A DNA stretch of 64,000 nucleotides. Source: a virus. Its lineage: Duplodnaviria > Caudoviricetes. The DNA is taken from positions 32,001 to 96,000 of the IMG/VR virus record IMGVR_UViG_3300013426_000025, one strand, 5' to 3'. A model generated the notes under the pieces. It was not told where the DNA came from. It did no database searches and worked only from the letters and a program-made list of their open reading frames with translations. Of this stretch, positions 41,708-50,160 are shown piece after piece (position 1 is the stretch's first letter; each line of letters starts with the position of its first letter). A program made the position numbers and the translations under genes.

Positions 41708-42103
41708 TCATTTAATGTAAATTTTAATTATTATTTTTAATACTGTTAATCCTATCACACAAAGTAACAGAATAAAAAATCCCCAAGTACAAACACTATA
41801 AAATTTAGGTACATACCTAACGATTTGAGTATTTTCAATCTTCCTGTCTTGATAGATTGTATCATGCTTCAATATAAGTTTGTCTTTATATCTGTACTTA
41901 AAAACTTCTTTATAAATTGTATCTTTTGTTCTATCTAAATAAACGGAGTCTCTTTCATAAAAGTACACTGAATCAAGTTTATATTCAGTTCTTATACTGT
42001 CTCTAACTACTTCTATAGGAATACAAGGTTCTTGTACCTTGCATCCTACAAAAGATAGAATATATATTGACAATATGAAAAGGAAATTACTTAATTTTTT
42101 CAT
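41708..42103 (-). CDS. Putative unimolecular spanin
   Basis: Signal with lipobox FVGC, D[ST][IV]Y beta repeats, C-terminal TM with basic tail. Confidence 0.6.
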   Translation of the reverse strand: MKKLSNFLFILSIYILSFVGCKVQEPCIPIEVVRDSIRTEYKLDSVYFYERDSVYLDRTKDTIYKEVFKYRYKDKLILKHDTIYQDRKIENTQIVRYVPKFYSVCTWGFFILLLCVIGLTVLKIIIKIYIK

Positions 42104-44541
42104 TTGCTTGCAGGTTTTTTATTAGCCTGTTTCCTTTTTATTTCAAAATCTTTAGCAGCCTTATCCTTATCAAAAGCAAGTCTTGCTTTATCCATTTGTT
42201 CAAGATGGTCTTGTTTTCTTGTATCAAGCCTGAGTCTTTCATCCATCTCTTTCATCTTAGCCATCAACTCTTGAGACTTCATTTCAGTATCAACTTGGGA
42301 TAAATCATATCCTTCATTTTGATTATTTGACTGTGCTTGTATTAAAGCAATTTCAATCTTAGTCTCATTATCTCTTTGGTTGATAACATCTTTTGCTTGA
42401 ATTTCAGCCATCTGTGTTTGTTGTTGCATTTGTGCTGCTTCTTGTTGTGCTTGAAGTTGAGCCTGTTGCTGTTGTTGTACTCTTTGTTGTACCTCTTTCT
42501 CACTGTTTTCAATCATTCTTTGTTTTTCAGCAAGTGAGCAAGAATTATACAATTTCATTAAAGCAGAGAAATCAATTGTTTGATTTTGCATTGCTGCTTG
42601 AGCCAACCCATCAAGTCTTTGTTTCAATTCTTGAGACTGACTACTACTATCTACTACAAGACCATAATCACTTTCAGCAAACTCATCACCATCAATATTC
42701 ATCAAGTACTTAGAATTATCAGGAAGAATGTAATTAAACTTTTTATTTCTTCCTTTCATTGCTATTTTAGCAGTTTCAAGAAAACACTCAAGTACTCTCT
42801 TCTTTACATCATCGTGTGTAAGGAATAGATATTCAGTAATATGAGAGGATTGAAGTGTTGCTCTTTCTACACCACCAACAGTCTCTCTATTAGAGATTTG
42901 ACCTTCTCTCTGCTTACTAATACCTACAAGTTCACCCATCTTAAGATTAATAAACTCAAGTAGGTTAATATATTGTTGTATTATATTACCTTGGTCAGCA
43001 TCAATAACACCTCTTGAAGCATTATTCATACCACCTACAACTTTACCTGTAGCAGCCCCTTTCTTACCTTCATTGAAACTGTTGGTAATATACAAGCCAT
43101 CTCTTCTCGCAAAGTATAGCCATTTATCCATTTCCCAAGAATCAGGCTTCTTTGCTAAATCAAGTTCAAGCAATCTACCATAGTTATGTGCTAATGCCTT
43201 AAGAAGTCTGTCTTGTACAGCATCATACAAATAACTATAAGGTTTCATCATATCTACCAAAGAGTAAGGCTTACCATCACAAGTATTGTAAATAGAACCT
43301 ACAATACCAAAATGGCATCTTGAAGGATTACTAAGTCTATTATATTGTATAGGTCTTGGTCTAATATTTACATAAACATCATTACCAATTTTAGTACCTT
43401 CCCATGCTTCATTAATCCACATGGTTTCTTCAGTTTCACCCATTGCTTTATTGCAAATGTAGGTTTCAGGATAAAAGTCATATTGCTCTTCTCCTGTTTC
43501 AGGGTCATAAGATTTTACCTTTTTAACCTTTCTTCTTGATTTCCAAAATACCCTCATAACTCTGATATTACCATTAAAGTCATAAGGAGAAGAAGCCTCC
43601 ATTTCTGATACTTGACCAAAAATTTCTCTTATCTTATCCTTATCTTTGATAACATCAAACTTCATTCCTAAATTAATAAAGCCATTTCTTTCATCAAGAT
43701 TACCATTTTCATCTACATCTCCACCAGATGTACTTTGTACTAATTCTTCTATATATTTTCTATCCTTTTCAGTAAGTACATCATAGTAAGTATCTATAAT
43801 TCTCCCAGGGCTCCAATAATCTTCCATCACAATCATATCAGCATCTTCAATATTACTGGAGTAACCTGACCTCATTACTCTTACTTTCATAGGATTGAGT
43901 TTTTCTATAACAGGTTCTCCACCTACTATATCACACATATAGAGTTCTTCACCTGTAATAAGAGCATCCTCAAATCCTTTATTAAACAAGAGTTTAAAAT
44001 TGTTTTCCTTACTATAATGATTAAGTAGAGCATTTGCTCTTAACTCCCTGAAATCCTGATATTCATAAGAATAGTATTTACTAAGGTCTGCTATTCTTTG
44101 CTGATACTCATCATCACTTTGAGAAGTATTTTCTACCTCTTGCTGTAATTGCTGTAGTATCAATGCTTTTTTCTGATTCTCTATCTCTGATATTGAATTA
44201 GGATTAGTAACTACAACTCTATAATCAAATACTCTGTCAGACTCTTCTCCTGTAAGAACTCTCAACCTTGGGTTCATTATAGGATAATGTTGTATTTTAT
44301 CTGGTACAAATTTTGAATCAAGGTTAGTAGGATTGATGACACTTGCAACATCGCTCATATCCAACTGACCATTATAGAGTTTATAATTTATCTTCTTATG
44401 AATGACAGAATTTCTAACTGCACTATCAGTCCAAAAAGAATGGTTAGCAGCATAGTCTACACACTCTTTTCTCCATTTCTTACCTTTTTGTGAAAAAGGT
44501 AATTGTTGGGCAGGAAATTTGTTAGTTAGAATACTATTCAT
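42100..44541 (-). CDS. Portal protein
   Basis: FPAQQLPFSQKGKKWRK, IQHYPIMN, QREGQISNRETVGGVER, Gln-rich C-terminal barrel; after TerL. Confidence 0.9.
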   Translation of the reverse strand: MNSILTNKFPAQQLPFSQKGKKWRKECVDYAANHSFWTDSAVRNSVIHKKINYKLYNGQLDMSDVASVINPTNLDSKFVPDKIQHYPIMNPRLRVLTGEESDRVFDYRVVVTNPNSISEIENQKKALILQQLQQEVENTSQSDDEYQQRIADLSKYYSYEYQDFRELRANALLNHYSKENNFKLLFNKGFEDALITGEELYMCDIVGGEPVIEKLNPMKVRVMRSGYSSNIEDADMIVMEDYWSPGRIIDTYYDVLTEKDRKYIEELVQSTSGGDVDENGNLDERNGFINLGMKFDVIKDKDKIREIFGQVSEMEASSPYDFNGNIRVMRVFWKSRRKVKKVKSYDPETGEEQYDFYPETYICNKAMGETEETMWINEAWEGTKIGNDVYVNIRPRPIQYNRLSNPSRCHFGIVGSIYNTCDGKPYSLVDMMKPYSYLYDAVQDRLLKALAHNYGRLLELDLAKKPDSWEMDKWLYFARRDGLYITNSFNEGKKGAATGKVVGGMNNASRGVIDADQGNIIQQYINLLEFINLKMGELVGISKQREGQISNRETVGGVERATLQSSHITEYLFLTHDDVKKRVLECFLETAKIAMKGRNKKFNYILPDNSKYLMNIDGDEFAESDYGLVVDSSSQSQELKQRLDGLAQAAMQNQTIDFSALMKLYNSCSLAEKQRMIENSEKEVQQRVQQQQQAQLQAQQEAAQMQQQTQMAEIQAKDVINQRDNETKIEIALIQAQSNNQNEGYDLSQVDTEMKSQELMAKMKEMDERLRLDTRKQDHLEQMDKARLAFDKDKAAKDFEIKRKQANKKPASK

Positions 44542-44561
44542 ATTTACATATTAATTTTACA

Positions 44562-44592
44562 CAAAATTACATAAAATTTTTCATTTACACAA
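44562..44592 (-). promoter_or_regulatory. Bacteroidota-type promoter for the portal operon
   Basis: TTG-N6-TGA-N11-TAATTTTG. Confidence 0.65.
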
Positions 44593-44630
44593 GTCCCATA
44601 ATAAAATTATATTTATTGCATAATAAAAAA

Positions 44631-46859
44631 TTATATGCTGTCATAAGCCTTAAAGTAGTCATCATCCCATGCTGGGTCTTCAACATCTTCTATTGCTCTA
44701 CTCATATCACCCTCGTACATATCTATGAATTGGCCCCTGTAAAGCATTACTGCACCTAGAGCTCTGATTCTATCAAAGTTCCCAGCAGGATTGTAATCAA
44801 TCAACTCTCTAAGTAATGCTCTATTCTTTAATAGAGCGACATTAGGAACCACTTTCTGTTCAAATTCTCCATCTTCTTGTACTTCTATTGTAATTGGTTT
44901 TAACAACCAGTCTCTTATTAAAGTATCTGCGTAGTTATTGACGGGTTTTGTAGCATTAAAACCTTTTGCTGTATTGCCAAAACCTCTTGTTTTTATTATC
45001 TGCTTGTCAAACAAGTACTCTGGAGTATCTGCTAACAAATGGAGACACCTCCTTGTGCTAAAATAAGCATAAGGTCCTTTAATATTATTCTCATACAAAC
45101 AGGTAGCATTATAGAATATACACAACTTTCTAGTCAATTCATAAGCATCATCTGCATAGTCAGTTCTTCCTGTGTATTCTGCTACAATTCTATCAGTGAA
45201 TAAATCAAAGACAAACATTGATGATAATGAAGCAGTATCTGCTTGGTCATTGTTAACAGGGTCTAAACCTACAATATATCTATTGTAAGGTATCTTACCA
45301 GAAGCATCTTTTTGAGGCATATTATATATTTCTAACGCTCCTTTATCCTTATTGTCTTGTAAGGGATAATTTCTAATTGGCATGTCTGTTGTAGGAGTAA
45401 ATTCTATAGTACCGTCACTTTTTTGAATCAAATTTCCTATATAAATGTCATCAAAAATAGAAGGGGTAGAATCTAATTCACACAATCTTTCTGTCAATTG
45501 AGCAGTTGGGAATATATTTCCTGTAGTCCTTAATATAGCCTCTTGAGGTACAATTGGTACTTCAGCAGTTCTCTTTGTTACTGCATTTAAATCTGTAGAA
45601 TTATACTTTAACTGATTTCTATCTATAATAATTTCGAGTAATGCTTTTGTTACATCAGAATTACCATTATTATCATAACACCCAGACCTGTTTAAATAAC
45701 CAGGGAAGAAGAAAGCAAAGTCTTGAGGTGCTTTACCTTCAAAATCATATACATTTTTAACACCATAAACATGGTAACCAGTAGGATGATACATCATCTC
45801 AGACATAGCATAGAAGTCAGATAAATCATCACCAGATGTGCCATAACCAAACAGAAGGCCATATACATCATCTCCATCCTCTACAGAAGGAAGCATATTG
45901 CCCCAGAGTTGTAATAACCTTGGAAAACTGCCTGCTTCCTCTATAATATATAATACACCTCTTGTGCCTCTCAACTTAGATTCATCGTCTTTAGATGTTA
46001 CACCAACAACAGCATTAAGAGTTCCAGTTCTTGCTCCTGTTATAAGGTCTTGAGAACCCATAATCCATTGCATATTCTGTAATGTACTTATGAGTCTTTT
46101 TCTTGGGAATTGTGTTGTTTTTGCCAAAAAGTCTATATCATATAAGAATTTATCCAAAGTTTGGTCGCCACCTGTCAAATATCCTTTTGACGCTGCTGTG
46201 GCATAACAAGTAACTTTTTGATTAACCTCCCAGGATTCTCCTGCCACAAATCTTTTAGAAAGCATTGCAGCAGCACAAAACGATTTTCCCTTATGTCTTG
46301 ATGCTAATTCTAGTGCGTGCTTGCCACTATTTCTTGCTTGTTCTAAATAGTGAAATTTTAAATAGTGTCCATCCCATACCGAAGGAAAACTTAACACACG
46401 ATTTGCTCTTTTCTTATTTTTGTCTTGTTTTTGTGCTACAAGCATAGGACAATAGTTGAGAAAGAAATAGTAATCACCTGGAATCCACTCTCCATCACTT
46501 TCTCTTACATACCCATTATAGCACCTATTTAATTCTTCTTTAAACCATTTACCAAACTCGCTATTAGGATTATTGTTGGGTCTAAGTTTAGTATAACAAC
46601 CATTTTGTTCATAATACCTTGCAGCAGGTCTAAAATAATCCATATCCTCTAATATATGAGGTTGAGTTATATCTACAATAATTTTACCTGTTTTGTCTCT
46701 TTGTAAATCCTTTGCTCTTTTTCTGTCTGCGCTTGTAAGAGTTCTTATGAAAGGTACATTATAAATGAAGTCAAAGAAGGAATCCTGAATCTCTTTTGAA
46801 TATCTTTCTAGATTCAAGTCTTTAATAGGTGTTTGAAATTCATTACACAATAACTCCAT
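44631..46859 (-). CDS. terL: Terminase large subunit
   Basis: Walker A ASRHKGKS, Walker B YIIEEAG, nuclease IVGLDP, YENN, NFDR. Confidence 0.92.
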   Translation of the reverse strand: MELLCNEFQTPIKDLNLERYSKEIQDSFFDFIYNVPFIRTLTSADRKRAKDLQRDKTGKIIVDITQPHILEDMDYFRPAARYYEQNGCYTKLRPNNNPNSEFGKWFKEELNRCYNGYVRESDGEWIPGDYYFFLNYCPMLVAQKQDKNKKRANRVLSFPSVWDGHYLKFHYLEQARNSGKHALELASRHKGKSFCAAAMLSKRFVAGESWEVNQKVTCYATAASKGYLTGGDQTLDKFLYDIDFLAKTTQFPRKRLISTLQNMQWIMGSQDLITGARTGTLNAVVGVTSKDDESKLRGTRGVLYIIEEAGSFPRLLQLWGNMLPSVEDGDDVYGLLFGYGTSGDDLSDFYAMSEMMYHPTGYHVYGVKNVYDFEGKAPQDFAFFFPGYLNRSGCYDNNGNSDVTKALLEIIIDRNQLKYNSTDLNAVTKRTAEVPIVPQEAILRTTGNIFPTAQLTERLCELDSTPSIFDDIYIGNLIQKSDGTIEFTPTTDMPIRNYPLQDNKDKGALEIYNMPQKDASGKIPYNRYIVGLDPVNNDQADTASLSSMFVFDLFTDRIVAEYTGRTDYADDAYELTRKLCIFYNATCLYENNIKGPYAYFSTRRCLHLLADTPEYLFDKQIIKTRGFGNTAKGFNATKPVNNYADTLIRDWLLKPITIEVQEDGEFEQKVVPNVALLKNRALLRELIDYNPAGNFDRIRALGAVMLYRGQFIDMYEGDMSRAIEDVEDPAWDDDYFKAYDSI

Positions 46860-46865
46860 ATTCTA

Positions 46866-47429
46866 TCACTTAAAGACATTAAAACCATCTTCAAAAACAG
46901 ATTTTCCAGTATCTCCACCACGTGTTCTTCCTGTTTCTTCAATCTCTTTTGTTACCATCTTCTCTGTCTCTTGAAGGTCTTTAACAATGCTTGGTATCTG
47001 TTTAATAGCACTTGCTACAGTATTGATAGGAAACAATAATTTACCTTTATCATCAGTAGCAGTAAAATCAACATCTTCAAGGAACTTACCTAACTTATCT
47101 GCACTCTTTTGTGCCCTCCTTAAAAGTAACAAAGAAGAAGTCATAGTATGTGCCTTATAAGCATCTATCGCTTTCTGTAATTTCTCATCTATCTTAAAAT
47201 TCTTAGGCAATCCCTCTTGCTCTATAATAGCCTGTAGTCTCTCATCTTCATCCAATATAAAGTTATAAGATGTTCTAGGGTCTGCCATATTATACAATAC
47301 TGAAGCCTGCTGCATAAACCTTTCTTTTGTTTTGCTTCTATCAGAGTTCCATAATTCTCTGATAGGTCTAATCATCATAGCCTCTTCAGTCAACTGTATA
47401 TTATAATCAACTATTTCAATAATGTGCAT
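46866..47429 (-). CDS. Conserved protein upstream of TerL (possible small terminase)
   Basis: Position; likely start MHIIE at 47429. Confidence 0.45.
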   Translation of the reverse strand: MHIIEIVDYNIQLTEEAMMIRPIRELWNSDRSKTKERFMQQASVLYNMADPRTSYNFILDEDERLQAIIEQEGLPKNFKIDEKLQKAIDAYKAHTMTSSLLLLRRAQKSADKLGKFLEDVDFTATDDKGKLLFPINTVASAIKQIPSIVKDLQETEKMVTKEIEETGRTRGGDTGKSVFEDGFNVFK

Positions 47430-47479
47430 ATATAAATAAAATAAGTCCCCACTCATAAAAGCAGGGACTGTTAAACCTA

Positions 47480-47884
47480 TTACTCTGTGATAATTACTTC
47501 TGAACTATCATCAATATCTTCCTCATCAAACTTCTCTACAATGAAGTCTATATCTCTTTCAGTAAGTTTATTATATCTCTTACCGTCAATCATTACTTTT
47601 GGTACTCTATAAGTAACTACATTTTCCTGGCCCATCATGTCATTCTTAATAGAGTTATCTTTATACATAGGTACCATGTAACTCTGTAAATCTATTTTAA
47701 CAAGGTCTCCCTTTTTAACCTCATTACAGGTGTGCCCTACAGCAATTACTTTCTGATAGTCTTTCATGTCACCTTTACGTGCCATTACAATACCATCTTC
47801 AATCCAATCATCTTCCCAACAATCTTCAGTAACAATTACTGTAGTAAACAAAGGTCTAATCTCTTTTACTACTATTTTTTTCAT
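47480..47884 (-). CDS. GroES-like co-chaperonin
   Basis: IRPLFTTVIV, KVIAVG...EVKKGDLV, LTERDI. Confidence 0.7.
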   Translation of the reverse strand: MKKIVVKEIRPLFTTVIVTEDCWEDDWIEDGIVMARKGDMKDYQKVIAVGHTCNEVKKGDLVKIDLQSYMVPMYKDNSIKNDMMGQENVVTYRVPKVMIDGKRYNKLTERDIDFIVEKFDEEDIDDSSEVIITE

Positions 47885-48131
47885 AACTTTCTTGCATATT
47901 CTTTAGTCTGTCAAAAGTACAGTAAAGTTTACCTAAATAAGGTAAACTTACACTGTGCTTATAACTATCATACTCTTCCTCTGTTATCTTTTCTTTAAGT
48001 GGTAAAGATGCAATATGCTGTTTATTAAATTTCCAATATGCCCTATACACTCTAAGAACATAATCATAAGGAAGTCCCAATTTAAGAGATGCCCTCAGTA
48101 TTGTCTGGTTCTTTGTCATATTTGTAAACAA
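47856..48131 (-). CDS. Small HU/IHF-like protein
   Basis: ASLKLGLPYDYV...SVSLPYLGKLY. Confidence 0.45.
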   Translation of the reverse strand: MFTNMTKNQTILRASLKLGLPYDYVLRVYRAYWKFNKQHIASLPLKEKITEEEYDSYKHSVSLPYLGKLYCTFDRLKNMQESYEKNSSKRD

Positions 48132-48498
48132 TCAACAACCTAAGTTCCCCTCTTTCAACAGCCTCTCTATCAGGAATTAATTTTGGGGCTATTTTACCAC
48201 CAACCATCAAGCCTTTCTTTTTAAACTGAGCAATAGCAACTTGTAATTGTCCTTTACTGATATTGCACTCTTCTATTACTTGAAGTTTGGTAGTTTCATC
48301 CAAAAGTACTCTACTTAAAATAGCCTCATCATTAATCTTTTGACTTAACTCATAATGTTTTCTCAAGAAAACAGCCATAATAGACCTTTCTTTAGCAGTG
48401 AGTTTATGCAACAAAAGATAAGTAGAGTCAAGCCATGCCTCAAAGAATCCTGTAAAAGAAGTCTTTATAGGGATTACACTATCGGCTATTCTATTCAT
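48082..48498 (-). CDS. Putative winged-helix DNA-binding protein
   Basis: LTAKE...IEECNISKGQLQVAIAQFKKKGL. Confidence 0.5.
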   Translation of the reverse strand: MNRIADSVIPIKTSFTGFFEAWLDSTYLLLHKLTAKERSIMAVFLRKHYELSQKINDEAILSRVLLDETTKLQVIEECNISKGQLQVAIAQFKKKGLMVGGKIAPKLIPDREAVERGELRLLIVYKYDKEPDNTEGIS

Positions 48499-48503
48499 AC
48501 TGT

Positions 48504-48809
48504 TTACTTACTTTCCTCCTCAGTATTCTCCTCAGTATTCTCTTCAGGTGCTTTAGGAGTCAATGCTTGAGTAATAACAGAAGTTGCATATTTAACAAAC
48601 TCAGGGTCAAATACATCACTGTGCTCAATAACCTTAAAGAAGTAATCAAGTGTTCTATCAGCAAGCAACTGATTCAGTCTTTGAATCTCTTGAGCAGCCT
48701 TTTGAATATTGGTATTATACTGCTCTACCATTGCTTGTACTTTCTCTACTTCAATTGCTTTAGGAGCCTCTTGCTTCTTTTCAACAGTTTTCTTTTTGTT
48801 CTCTTCCAT
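48504..48809 (-). CDS. Hypothetical coiled-coil protein
   Basis: ORF in tightly packed operon. Confidence 0.55.
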   Translation of the reverse strand: MEENKKKTVEKKQEAPKAIEVEKVQAMVEQYNTNIQKAAQEIQRLNQLLADRTLDYFFKVIEHSDVFDPEFVKYATSVITQALTPKAPEENTEENTEEESK

Positions 48810-48828
48810 ATTATTTAAAATTTAAAAA

Positions 48829-49050
48829 TTATTCTTCTGGATATTTATGATATTTATTAAAATATAATTCTCTATAACTAAATATATCAGTAATACCTAT
48901 ATCAGTTTTACTACAATTCTCACAATAGCAACCTTCATCAGGATTAAAAGCATCAAGACTCACAATGTAAAGTGATAAACAATTCTTGCAGTAATATACA
49001 GGTTCATCATTATACTGACTCTCTATTGAATCTTTGCTTAATTCCCTCAT
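48829..49050 (-). CDS. Small zinc-ribbon protein
   Basis: CKNC...CENC. Confidence 0.6.
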   Translation of the reverse strand: MRELSKDSIESQYNDEPVYYCKNCLSLYIVSLDAFNPDEGCYCENCSKTDIGITDIFSYRELYFNKYHKYPEE

Positions 49051-49258
49051 AACATTTCTTTTTATAAGTGTTTGTTTCTCTGCTATCTTTACCTCTTGTA
49101 CAGGTATTACCTCTATTATTAAAAGGTCTCTTAGGCACTGTCATATCATTGGGTGCTATATGACCTCTTTTAATTGCTCTCATTATTGATTTGTAAGGAC
49201 AATATCTTATCAATCTCATCAAATTACTGAGTGCAGTAACATCAATATTCTCTTCCAT
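49010..49258 (-). CDS. Hypothetical basic protein
   Basis: KSIMRAIKRGH...PKRPFNNR. Confidence 0.5.
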   Translation of the reverse strand: MEENIDVTALSNLMRLIRYCPYKSIMRAIKRGHIAPNDMTVPKRPFNNRGNTCTRGKDSRETNTYKKKCYEGIKQRFNRESV

Positions 49259-49279
49259 ACATTCTTCAAGTTTAATTTG

Positions 49280-49350
49280 AGGCTAATGTAGGAATCGAAC
49301 CCACAAATGTTGTTTACAATACAACTGTTTTACCATTAAACTAATCAGCC
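49280..49350 (-). tRNA. tRNA with UGU anticodon (Thr), atypical body
   Basis: GGCTGAT/ATTAGCC acceptor, GTTGT-ATTGTAA-ACAAC arm, GTGGG-TTCGATT-CCTAC; no encoded CCA. Confidence 0.75.
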
Positions 49351-49361
49351 TGTAGGAGGAT

Positions 49362-49730
49362 TTAATCCTCCTTTTTAGTATTTTTCACTACTTCTTTTTT
49401 CTTATCAGGTGTCTTGGTTTTTTTACCCGCCTTAAAAACCACAACCTTACCATCATCTGTCACAGACATATCTAAGGTTTTACCTTTGAGGATGTCACCA
49501 AAGTTTTTCATAAGATAATCAGACATTTGCTTTAGAATTGAAGCAACTCTGCAAAACCATCCTCTACAAAATCCTGCGAAGTATAGAACAGGATAACCAA
49601 TCAAACAAAATAAACCAGTAGACCATGAAACAAAAAATGCTCCAATAATTGCACCAACAACAATCAAAATGCCTACTACACCAATTACAATGTGTTTAAC
49701 CAACTCTTTATTACTTTTCTTCTCTTCCAT
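49362..49730 (-). CDS. Two-TM membrane protein
   Basis: Two hydrophobic segments, basic tail. Confidence 0.6.
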   Translation of the reverse strand: MEEKKSNKELVKHIVIGVVGILIVVGAIIGAFFVSWSTGLFCLIGYPVLYFAGFCRGWFCRVASILKQMSDYLMKNFGDILKGKTLDMSVTDDGKVVVFKAGKKTKTPDKKKEVVKNTKKED

Positions 49731-49755
49731 ATTCTTTATATATTATATAAGTAAG

Positions 49756-49829
49756 CGGGTCAAAGTGGACTTGAACCAATAACCTTCTGATTAACAGTCA
49801 GATGCTCTAACCAATTGAGCTATTAACCC
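49756..49829 (-). tRNA. tRNA-Asn(GUU)
   Basis: GGGTTAA/TTGACCC, TCTGA-CTGTTAA-TCAGA, TTCAAGT loop, G73. Confidence 0.9.
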
Positions 49830-49832
49830 TAC

Positions 49833-49945
49833 AATAAACTTCTTAGTCATACTCTCCTAACTTACACTCAGGTCAACTTAATGTACCCAACTGAGACTTG
49901 CACTCATTCACTCTATGGCTACAACTCTATTGCAAGAAGTTTATT
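49833..49945 (-). ncRNA. Candidate structured RNA between two tRNAs
   Basis: 12-bp closing stem AATAAACTTCTT/AAGAAGTTTATT; inner TAGCCATA/TATGACTA; TGAG-TGCAAGT-CTCA hairpin. Confidence 0.45.
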
Positions 49946-49949
49946 TTAG

Positions 49950-50023
49950 TGACTCCTAAAGGACTCGAACCTTTGACCCACAGCTTAGAAGGCTGTTGCT
50001 CTATCCAACTGAGCTAAGGAGCC
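49950..50023 (-). tRNA. tRNA-Arg(UCU)
   Basis: GGCTCCT/AGGAGTC, ACAGC-CTTCTAA-GCTGT, AAAGG-TTCGAGT-CCTTT. Confidence 0.93.
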
Positions 50024-50097
50024 ATTAAAAAACAGTTAAGATGAACTGAGAAAAGGTATTAAATACTTCACCTTAACCGTTTTTCTTAAAACCAATG

Positions 50098-50128
50098 CAA
50101 AGGTAATACAAATATTTGATATATGCAA
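50098..50128 (-). promoter_or_regulatory. Bacteroidota-type promoter for the tRNA/packaging operon
   Basis: TTG-N6-TCA-N11-TACCTTTG. Confidence 0.8.
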
Positions 50129-50160
50129 ATCTTTTGAAAGATTTTTTGCATTTTTAACAT

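Noticed and set aside
44631-46859. Intron or intein in terL
   Set aside because: Continuous ORF of normal length with no intein motifs
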